Shown here piece after piece: positions 56,847-64,000 of a DNA stretch of 64,000 nucleotides; the stretch's first letter is position 1; every line of letters starts with the position of its first letter. The notes under the pieces are model-generated. The model was not told where the DNA came from and did no database searches. It saw only the letters and a program-made list of their open reading frames with translations. Made by a program: the position numbers and the translations under genes. This DNA is from Candidatus Lustribacter sp. (lineage in GTDB: Bacteria > Vulcanimicrobiota > Vulcanimicrobiia > Vulcanimicrobiales > Vulcanimicrobiaceae), in assembly GCA_965277805.1 (NCBI GenBank), contig OZ255842.1:672001-736000 (forward strand), in the 5' to 3' direction.

Positions 56847-58250
56847 GTGACCCTCGCCGCGCGGACGCTGGTGGAGAAGATCTGGGACGATCATCTCGTC
56901 GGCCGGCGTGAGGACGGCCGTGACCTGCTCTACGTCGATCGCGTGATGATGGACGACGTGCGCGCTCCCGATGCGATCCGCATGCTCGAAGCGAGCGGAC
57001 GTCCGATGCGCCGGCCCGACCTTGCGTTCGCGGCGATCGATCATACGATCGGGACCCATCCCGGACGCGATGCGCAGCTCTCGCCCGCGGTCGCGGCGAT
57101 GGTCGACGCCGTGCGTGCCGGCGCGGCTAGGCATGCGTTCCGCTTCTTCGACGTCGGCGCGCCGGAACAAGGCATCTCGCACGTCGTCGCGCCGGAGATG
57201 GGGCTGGTCTTGCCCGGTGCCACGCACGTGTGTTCCGACAGTCACGCCGCCACGGTGGGCGCGCTCGGAGCGCTCGCGTTCGGCTGCAGCTCGACGGACC
57301 TTGCGCACGTGCTCGCGAGCCAGACGATCGCGCTCGAACGCCCGCGCACGATGCGCGTTCAACTCAACGGAAGATTGCAAGCCGGCGTCGATGCGAAGGA
57401 CGTTGCCCTCTCGTTGATCGGCGCGTTCGGCATCCACGCCGCGCGCGGCTACGCGATCGAGTACGCCGGACCCATCGTAGCTGCGATGCCGGTCGAGCAG
57501 CGCTTCACGCTTTGCAACATGGCGATCGAAATGGGCGCGCGCAGCGCACTGATCGCGCCCGATGCGACGACGATTGCGTGGCTGGCCGAGCGGCCGTGGC
57601 GGCTCGACGAGGGCGCGCGCGCTGCGGCCCACGCGCAGTGGCAAACGCTCAAGAGCGATGACGGCGCGCGCTTTGACCGCACGCTCGAGGTCGACTGCGA
57701 CGGGATCGAACCGCAGATCACGTGGGGGACCGATCCGAGCATGGTGATTCCGATCTCGGGAGTGGTGCCCGACCCCTCGAATGCCGAACCCGCGCGGCGG
57801 ATCGCGCTCGAACGCGCGCTCGCCTACATGGATCTGGTCCCGGGCGATACGCTCGCCGGACGTCCGCTCGAGCGCGTCTTCATCGGTTCGTGCACGAACG
57901 CGCGGCTCGACGACCTGCGCGCGGCGGCGCAGCAAGTGCGCGGTGCGCACGTCGCGCCGGGCGTGCGCGCGATCGTCGTGCCGGGTTCGAGCGCCGTCAA
58001 ACGGCAAGCAGAAGCGCTCGGCTTCGATGCGGTCTTTCGCGACGCGGGCTTCGAGTGGCACGAATCGGGCTGCTCGATGTGTTCGGCCGGCAGCGCCGAT
58101 TCCGGCTTGCCGGGCGAACGCTGCGCGTCGACGAGCAACCGTAACTTCGAAGACCGCCAAGGACGCGGCGTGCGCACGCACTTGGTGAGCCCGCGTACCG
58201 CCGCGGCATCGGCGCTCGCCGGCCATTTCGTCGCCGCGCGGACGGCCTGA
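56847..58250 (+). CDS. leuC: LeuC-like [4Fe-4S] hydratase/isomerase large subunit
   Basis: TLVEKIWDDH, DSH, CNMAIEMG, GSCTN, GCSMC and STSNRNF. Substrate-site residues differ from biosynthetic LeuC. Confidence 0.8.
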   Translation: MTLAARTLVEKIWDDHLVGRREDGRDLLYVDRVMMDDVRAPDAIRMLEASGRPMRRPDLAFAAIDHTIGTHPGRDAQLSPAVAAMVDAVRAGAARHAFRFFDVGAPEQGISHVVAPEMGLVLPGATHVCSDSHAATVGALGALAFGCSSTDLAHVLASQTIALERPRTMRVQLNGRLQAGVDAKDVALSLIGAFGIHAARGYAIEYAGPIVAAMPVEQRFTLCNMAIEMGARSALIAPDATTIAWLAERPWRLDEGARAAAHAQWQTLKSDDGARFDRTLEVDCDGIEPQITWGTDPSMVIPISGVVPDPSNAEPARRIALERALAYMDLVPGDTLAGRPLERVFIGSCTNARLDDLRAAAQQVRGAHVAPGVRAIVVPGSSAVKRQAEALGFDAVFRDAGFEWHESGCSMCSAGSADSGLPGERCASTSNRNFEDRQGRGVRTHLVSPRTAAASALAGHFVAARTA

Positions 58251-58251
58251 C

Positions 58252-58893
58252 GTGAAGCCGTTTCGCGCGTTTGCCGGAATCGCCGCGCCGCTGCTCGTCG
58301 ACGACATCGACACCGACCAAATCGCACCGGCGTCGGTGCACTCGCGCCGGCTCGACCCGGATTACGGCGCGCTGTTCTTCGCCCGCAAACGCCTGCACGC
58401 CGACGGCAGCGAGGATCCGGCCTTCGTGCTCAATCGCGGCGCCTACCGGAACGCGAGCATTCTCGTTACCGGAACGCGGTTCGGCTGCGGGAGCGCGCGC
58501 GAGAGCGCGATCTGGGCCTTGATGGGCTTCGGCATCCGGGCGATCGTGGCGCGCAGCTTTGCCGAGATGTATCGCGAGAACTGTTTGCGCAACGGGGTGC
58601 TCACGATCGTGCTGGACCCCTCCGAGCAGGCGGCATTCGAAGCACAGGTCGTGGCCGTCGAGGGTGCGGCGCCGTTTACGGTCGACTTGCGCGATCCGCA
58701 CATCGCGGCGCCCGGCGGCCGCCGCTATGACTTCGCGATCGCTCCGGCGGAGCGGATCGTGCTGCTCGAGGGCACCGACTTGGTCGACCTGACGCTGCGT
58801 CAGTCGCCCGCGATCGATGCGTGGGAAGCCGGCATGCGCCGCTCGCGGCCTTGGCTGCAGGATGTGGGCCGCAGTGAAGGTATGGGCCGATGA
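58252..58893 (+). CDS. leuD: LeuD-like small subunit
   Basis: IDTDQIAP, FGCGSARE and SFAEMYRENCLRNG. Confidence 0.8.
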   Translation: MKPFRAFAGIAAPLLVDDIDTDQIAPASVHSRRLDPDYGALFFARKRLHADGSEDPAFVLNRGAYRNASILVTGTRFGCGSARESAIWALMGFGIRAIVARSFAEMYRENCLRNGVLTIVLDPSEQAAFEAQVVAVEGAAPFTVDLRDPHIAAPGGRRYDFAIAPAERIVLLEGTDLVDLTLRQSPAIDAWEAGMRRSRPWLQDVGRSEGMGR

Positions 58894-59942
58894 TGCGGAT
58901 TGCGTTGCGGCTCCTTGTCCTGGCGTTGGTCGCGGCTCTCGGCGCTGCGACGCCGCCGGCCGTCCGCGCTGCCGATTTGCTGCCGGTCGTCATCGGCAAC
59001 ATTCCGTCGTTTACGGCCGCGCCGCTTTACATCGCGATCGACAAGGGGTACTACACGGCGGCCGGACTCGACGTGCAGTTGACCAGTACCGGTTCGCCCG
59101 CCGACCAAGCCGCGATGTTGTCGACCAACCGTTTGCAACTCGTGGGCGGCGCGGTGACCGCGGGATTCTTCAACGCGTTCGCCCGGAAGCTGCCGGTATC
59201 GCTCGTGCTCTCGCGCGCCGTGTCGCCGATCAACCATTACCTGATGGCACGCATGGGGCTCAAAGGCGAGCTCAAAGGGCCGGCCGATCTCAAGGGCAAG
59301 ATCATCGCGATCGATCAGAACGGCACCGATCTGTCATATGAGTTGCTGAAGACCTTGCAGTCGGCCGGCATGACGCTGGCCGACGTGCAGGTGAAGTTTT
59401 TGCCGTTTTCGGAGCAGCCCGCGGCGCTCGCGACCGGTGCGGTCGATCTGGCGCTGATGGTCTCGCCGCTGCAAGACGCGACCGCCGATAAGGGCATCGC
59501 CTTCAAGTTTCTCAATACCGATTCGTACATCAAGCTGCGTCCGATGGCGGGATCCGTGCTCGAAATGAATCGCGATTGGGCGGCCGCGCATCCCGATGCC
59601 GCCAAGGCGTTCGTCGCCGCCACGTTGCGCGCCACGCAGTACTATTGCGAAGCGTATCACCACGGGGCGAACCGGCCCGACGTCGTGCGCATCCTGGCCA
59701 AGTATTCGAACGTGCAGGATCCCGCGCTGATCGAGAAGATCGACTGGACCGCAATGGACATCGGCGGGCGCATCTCGATGCCGAGCATCATGGACATCCA
59801 GAACTTCTACGTGCAGGAGAAGCTCGTGAACGTGCCCGTTCCCGAGTCGGATCTGACGCCGCCCGCCTGGGTTGATCAAGCGCGCGCGACCCTACCGCCG
59901 TTCAAGCTGGCGCACGACGATCACCGACCGGGATGCCGGTAG
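58890..59942 (+). CDS. ABC substrate-binding protein, NMT1/SsuA class
   Basis: Signal peptide, DKGYYTAAGLDV and DLKGK. Precedes an ATPase and a permease. Confidence 0.9.
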   Translation: MMRIALRLLVLALVAALGAATPPAVRAADLLPVVIGNIPSFTAAPLYIAIDKGYYTAAGLDVQLTSTGSPADQAAMLSTNRLQLVGGAVTAGFFNAFARKLPVSLVLSRAVSPINHYLMARMGLKGELKGPADLKGKIIAIDQNGTDLSYELLKTLQSAGMTLADVQVKFLPFSEQPAALATGAVDLALMVSPLQDATADKGIAFKFLNTDSYIKLRPMAGSVLEMNRDWAAAHPDAAKAFVAATLRATQYYCEAYHHGANRPDVVRILAKYSNVQDPALIEKIDWTAMDIGGRISMPSIMDIQNFYVQEKLVNVPVPESDLTPPAWVDQARATLPPFKLAHDDHRPGCR

Positions 59943-60736
59943 CGGCGCGCCGCGGCGCGGCCATCGAGATATCGCACCTCCGCAAGACGTTTGAATCCGG
60001 CAAGAACTCGATCGTGGCGATCGACGATCTGAGCATCTCGATCGCCGGCGGCGAATTCGTGTGTTTCGTCGGCCCGTCGGGCTGCGGCAAGTCGACGCTG
60101 CTGCGGATCCTGGCCGGACTGGAAACCGCGGATTCGGGCGAGGTGCGGATGGACGCCGGCGACGCCGCCGTCCAGAATGCGATGGTGTTCCAAGAGGCCA
60201 GCATCTTTCCGTGGAAGACCGTCGGCGACAACATCGCCTTCGGCTTGCGCGCGCTGGGCGTCGGCCGCGAGGAGTGTGCGACGCGCGTCGACGCCGCGCT
60301 GCGCATGGTCGGCTTGACGCGCTTCCGCGACCACTACCCGAGCCAGATCTCGGGCGGCATGAAGCAGCGCGCGGCGATCGCGCGCGCCTTGGTGATGAAT
60401 CCTGCGGTGCTGTTGATGGACGAACCCTTTGCCGCACTCGACGCGCAGAACCGCGCGATCCTCCAAGCGGAACTGGCGAACATCTGCGAGCAAGCCGGCA
60501 CGACGGTCGTCTACATCACGCATTCGCTCGAAGAAGCGTTGATGCTCGGCGACCGCACCGTCGTGCTGACGGCGCAGCCCGCGCGCATCAAGGACGTGGT
60601 CGTGGTGCCGTTCGCGCGCCCGCGCGACACGATCGAGGTCAGCGCTACGCCGGAATTCGGCGAACTGAAGCTGCGGATGTGGAACGTGCTCGAGGCGGAA
60701 GTGCTGGCGGCTCGGCGCGAGCACGAAGGCATTTGA
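59933..60736 (+). CDS. ABC ATPase, TauB/SsuB type
   Basis: GPSGCGKS, ISGGMKQR and LMDEPFAALD. Confidence 0.93.
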   Translation: MPVAARRGAAIEISHLRKTFESGKNSIVAIDDLSISIAGGEFVCFVGPSGCGKSTLLRILAGLETADSGEVRMDAGDAAVQNAMVFQEASIFPWKTVGDNIAFGLRALGVGREECATRVDAALRMVGLTRFRDHYPSQISGGMKQRAAIARALVMNPAVLLMDEPFAALDAQNRAILQAELANICEQAGTTVVYITHSLEEALMLGDRTVVLTAQPARIKDVVVVPFARPRDTIEVSATPEFGELKLRMWNVLEAEVLAARREHEGI

Positions 60737-61503
60737 CTCGCGCGCAGGCGGAGCGGCGGCGGCAGCGGATCCTCGAGATCGCCTCGCCGGTCGTGTTCTT
60801 GCTGGTGTGGGAAAGCGTCGTCCGGCTGGGCTGGGTCGATGCGCGCTTCGTGCCGCCGCCGAGCGCGGTCGTGGTACGCTTCTTCGATTTGGCCGGTTCG
60901 GGCGTCTTGTGGACCGACGTTTCGATCACGCTCTTCCGGATCGCGTGCGGGTTCACGATCGGCGTGATTCCCGGCGTCGCAATCGGTCTCTTGATGGCGA
61001 TGTTCAAGCCGTTGCGCTACGTGCTCGACCCGCTGGTCGCCGCGATTTATCCGATTCCGAAGATCGCGCTGATGCCGCTCCTGATGCTGGCGTTCGGGAT
61101 CGGTGAGTTGTCGAAGATCGCGCTGGTCGCGATCGGCACGTTTTTCCCGGTGCTGATCAGTACGTATGCGGGCGCCGCGAACATCGAGACGATCTATCTC
61201 GATGCGGCGAAGAACTTTCGCGCCGGCGCGGGCATGATGTTCCGCGAGGTGATCTTCTTCGGCGCGCTGCCGCAGATCTTCGCCGGGCTGCGGCTCGCGC
61301 TCGGCACATCGTTTCTCGTGATCGTCGCGGCGGAGTTCGTGTCGGCGGATACGGGGATCGGCCAGTTGATCTGGTCGTCGTGGCAGGTCTTGCAAGTCGA
61401 CCGGATGTTCGTCGGCATCGTGCTGATCGGCGTGCTCGGGGTGGCGTCGACCGCCATTCTGCAAGAGATCGAATATCGCTTGATGCCGTGGCGGAAGCGG
61501 TGA
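60733..61503 (+). CDS. ABC permease, TauC/SsuC type
   Basis: TTGA overlap, PPPSAV, PIPKIAL and IVAAEF. Confidence 0.9.
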   Translation: MTRAQAERRRQRILEIASPVVFLLVWESVVRLGWVDARFVPPPSAVVVRFFDLAGSGVLWTDVSITLFRIACGFTIGVIPGVAIGLLMAMFKPLRYVLDPLVAAIYPIPKIALMPLLMLAFGIGELSKIALVAIGTFFPVLISTYAGAANIETIYLDAAKNFRAGAGMMFREVIFFGALPQIFAGLRLALGTSFLVIVAAEFVSADTGIGQLIWSSWQVLQVDRMFVGIVLIGVLGVASTAILQEIEYRLMPWRKR

Positions 61504-62978
61504 ACGCGCAACGGTGCGACGTCCTCGTCATCGGCGGCGGGATCGCGGGGCTTACGGCGGCACTGGCTGCTCGCGACGCCGGTGCATCGGTGCAGCTGCT
61601 CGAACGGGCGCCACGTGCGGAACGCGGCGGCAACACGCGTTTCTCCAACGGTGCGCTGCGCGCGGCTTACCGGAACGTCGACGAGGTCCGGCGTCTCATT
61701 CCCGATCTCAGCGACGAACAAGTCGCCTGCACCGACTTCGGCACGTACACGCGCGAACGGTACCTCACCGATCTGATGCGCGTGACCGAAGGACGCAGCG
61801 ATCCGATGCTGGGCGGGATCCTGGCCGGCGAGAGCTTCGACGTGCTGTGCTGGATGATGGAACGCGGCGTGCGTTACGACCCGCTGTGGTCGGCCCAAGC
61901 GCCGCCGGCGAACGGCCGCGTGAGTTTCTACGGCGGCAGCGCGTTCGAGGCGCGCGGTTTGGGCGCTGGCTTGATCGATGCGCTCTACGATGCGTTAGAG
62001 CAGCGCGGCGGCCGCGTGACGTATGGTGCGCGGGCACTGACGCTCGCGCGCGAAGGTGCCGGCGTGGGTGGTGCGAGCGTGCGCTTTGCGGACGGCAGCA
62101 TGCACGATCTCGCCGCGCGCGCCGTGATCGTTGCCTGCGGCGGCTTCGAATCAGACGTCGAATGGCGCACGCGCTACCTCGGTCCGGGTTGGGATCTCGC
62201 CAAAGTGCGGGGCACGCGCTTCAACACCGGCGACGGCTTGCGCATGGCGCTCGACGCGGGCGCGCAACCCTACGGACAGTGGTCGGGGTGTCACGCGGCG
62301 AGTTGGGCCGCGCATGCGCCGGTGGCCGGCGACGTGACGATCGAGGAGAAGTTCAAACGCGACGACTTCATGCACGGGATCTTCGTCAACGCGAACGGCA
62401 GACGGTTCGTCGACGAGGGCGCCGATCTGCGCGCCCTCACCTACGCGAAATACGGCCGCGCGGTGATGGAGCAGCCGGGTTCGGTCGCGTGGCAGATCTT
62501 CGATGCAAAGACGGTGCCGCTGCTGAGCGAGGATTACCGCGAACCGAGCGTGGCGCCCATCCGCGCGAACACGCTCGAGGAGCTGGCAACGGCGTTGAGC
62601 GGGGTTAACGGTCGCGCGTTGCTCGAGACGATCGCGGAATATAATCGTGCCGTGCGCGACGACGTGCCGCACGATCCAAGCCGGAAAGACGGCCGCGGCA
62701 CGAGCGGGCTCGCGATTCCCAAGTCGAATTGGGCCACGACGATCGACGCCCCGCCGTTCGAAGCGCATCCGGTATCGTTCGGGATTACGTTCACGTTCGG
62801 CGGCGTGCGCATCGACGAGCGTTGCCGCGTGCTCGACGCCGAGGGCACGGCGATCCCCGGGCTCTTTGCCGCCGGCGAAATGATCGGCGGTTTGTTCTAC
62901 TTCAATTATCCGGGCGGCTCGGGACTGGTATCGGCGGCCGTGTTCGGGCGCCTCGCAGGACGTTCGGCCGCGCTATAA
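61500..62978 (+). CDS. tcuA: FAD-dependent tricarballylate dehydrogenase TcuA-like
   Basis: GGGIAG, RGGNTRF, GGFES, RGTRFNTGDG, GITFTFGG and FNYPGGSGL. Confidence 0.8.
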   Translation: MNAQRCDVLVIGGGIAGLTAALAARDAGASVQLLERAPRAERGGNTRFSNGALRAAYRNVDEVRRLIPDLSDEQVACTDFGTYTRERYLTDLMRVTEGRSDPMLGGILAGESFDVLCWMMERGVRYDPLWSAQAPPANGRVSFYGGSAFEARGLGAGLIDALYDALEQRGGRVTYGARALTLAREGAGVGGASVRFADGSMHDLAARAVIVACGGFESDVEWRTRYLGPGWDLAKVRGTRFNTGDGLRMALDAGAQPYGQWSGCHAASWAAHAPVAGDVTIEEKFKRDDFMHGIFVNANGRRFVDEGADLRALTYAKYGRAVMEQPGSVAWQIFDAKTVPLLSEDYREPSVAPIRANTLEELATALSGVNGRALLETIAEYNRAVRDDVPHDPSRKDGRGTSGLAIPKSNWATTIDAPPFEAHPVSFGITFTFGGVRIDERCRVLDAEGTAIPGLFAAGEMIGGLFYFNYPGGSGLVSAAVFGRLAGRSAAL

Positions 62979-64000
62979 CGCGTACGGTGCGCGCGGCATC
63001 ACCCAGCGCCGCAACATCCCGCCGACGGCTGCCGGATCGATCGGTTTGGGAATGTGATCGTTCATACCGGCATCGAGGCACTGGCGGCGGTCGTCTTCCA
63101 TAGCGTGTGCCGTCATCGCGATGATCGGCAGCTGCGTCGCGTCGAGCCGGCGCCGGATGAGACGGGTGGCTTCCATGCCGTCCATCTCCGGCATCTGCAC
63201 GTCCATCAGCACGGCGTCAAAATGCGCGTCCGGCGCGAGTGCCTTGTCGACCGCTTCACGCCCGTTGGATGCCGACTCGATCGTGACGCCGTACCGGCGC
63301 AGGATGCGCTCGATGATCTGGAGGTTGATCTGGTTGTCTTCGGCGACCAGGAGGTGTGCGCCGGCATATTCGACAGCTTCGCTTGCCGCATCGGTTTCGC
63401 GTTTGGCCCCGCGCGCATCGGTGGCCGCGGTGAACGTGGCCGTAAACGTAAACGCGCTGCCGGCCCCGGGACTGCTGGTGAACGAGATCCGACCTCCGAG
63501 ATGCTCGGCGAGCGCCTTGCTGATCGTGAGGCCGAGGCCGGTGCCGCCGAAACGGCGCGTGATCGAGTTATCACCTTGCGTGAACGGTTGAAAGACGCGC
63601 GATTGCGCTTCGGCGTCCATGCCCATGCCCGTGTCGCGAACGGTCGTCGTCAACTCGACACGGTCGCCGGTGAACTGCGTCGCCTCGATCGTGACGAGAA
63701 CCGCTCCCGCCGCGGTGAACTTGATGCCGTTCGAGATGAGGTTCAAGAGGATCTGTCCGTAACGCGCTGCGTCGCCGACAAGGACCGGCGGCACGCTCGC
63801 GCCGGCGCGTATCTCGAACTGCAAGCCTTTTTCCGCCGCGCGGAGGGCTGAGATCCCGCCGATGTTTTCCAGCACCGATGCAACCTCGAAGCGAACCTCT
63901 TCGAGCTCGAGCTTGCCGGCCTCGATTTTCGAAAAATCCAAGATGTCGTTGATGACGTTGAGCAGCGACTTCGCGGAATAGTCGATTTTGCTGATGTAGT
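62973..64000 (-). CDS. Hybrid sensor histidine kinase (HATPase + receiver); 5' end outside window
   Basis: INDILDFSKIEAG, NLISNGIKF, DTGMG, GGTGLGL, AEDN, LMDVQMPEMDG and KP. Confidence 0.93.
   Translation of the reverse strand, partial: YISKIDYSAKSLLNVINDILDFSKIEAGKLELEEVRFEVASVLENIGGISALRAAEKGLQFEIRAGASVPPVLVGDAARYGQILLNLISNGIKFTAAGAVLVTIEATQFTGDRVELTTTVRDTGMGMDAEAQSRVFQPFTQGDNSITRRFGGTGLGLTISKALAEHLGGRISFTSSPGAGSAFTFTATFTAATDARGAKRETDAASEAVEYAGAHLLVAEDNQINLQIIERILRRYGVTIESASNGREAVDKALAPDAHFDAVLMDVQMPEMDGMEATRLIRRRLDATQLPIIAMTAHAMEDDRRQCLDAGMNDHIPKPIDPAAVGGMLRRWVMPRAPYAL

Noticed and set aside
56847-58893. Leucine biosynthesis operon
   Set aside because: There is no leuA/leuB, the substrate-site motifs are altered, and the context is catabolic.
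62973-64000. Hybrid kinase as the island's sensor
   Set aside because: It is convergent and truncated by the window, its input domains are not visible, and nothing links it to the island.
1-64000. CRISPR arrays, rRNA/tRNA, transposases, phage or defence genes
   Set aside because: No spaced direct repeats or recognisable motifs, and the intergenic gaps are mostly too short.

Overview
This GC-rich, densely coding bacterial window is almost entirely one catabolic and scavenging island for aromatic, probably N-heteroaromatic, compounds. It holds eight Rieske oxygenase alpha subunits (one partial, one frameshifted, one with a beta subunit, one fused to an N-terminal HTH-like domain), one Rieske ferredoxin and no reductase. 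Other enzymes are a LigAB-type extradiol dioxygenase, an OphB/Pht4-like dehydrogenase, two SDRs, two luciferase-like monooxygenases, a hydantoinase/oxoprolinase pair, two M24-fold proteins lacking metal ligands, two alpha/beta hydrolases, an amidohydrolase, a class II aldolase-fold decarboxylase, cupins, a LeuCD-like hydratase and a TcuA-like flavoprotein. There are 20 ABC substrate-binding proteins but only two permease/ATPase sets, plus AraC, IclR and MarR regulators. A hybrid histidine kinase runs off the right edge. The best novelty candidate is a trio of proteins at 9380-12449 related to 3-hydroxyanthranilate 3,4-dioxygenase (HAO). They keep the rubredoxin-like CxxC...CxxC site but appear to have a rearranged cupin core, and one lacks the catalytic metal motif. 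Other signals are a recurring RGG-N18-GWA promoter-like motif, a nested REP-like palindrome, and five deletion-type lesions that may be sequencing or assembly artefacts. The gene style suggests Eremiobacterota/Vulcanimicrobiota, which is inference only. I saw no rRNA, tRNA, CRISPR or transposase. All family calls come from motif recognition by eye, without database searches.
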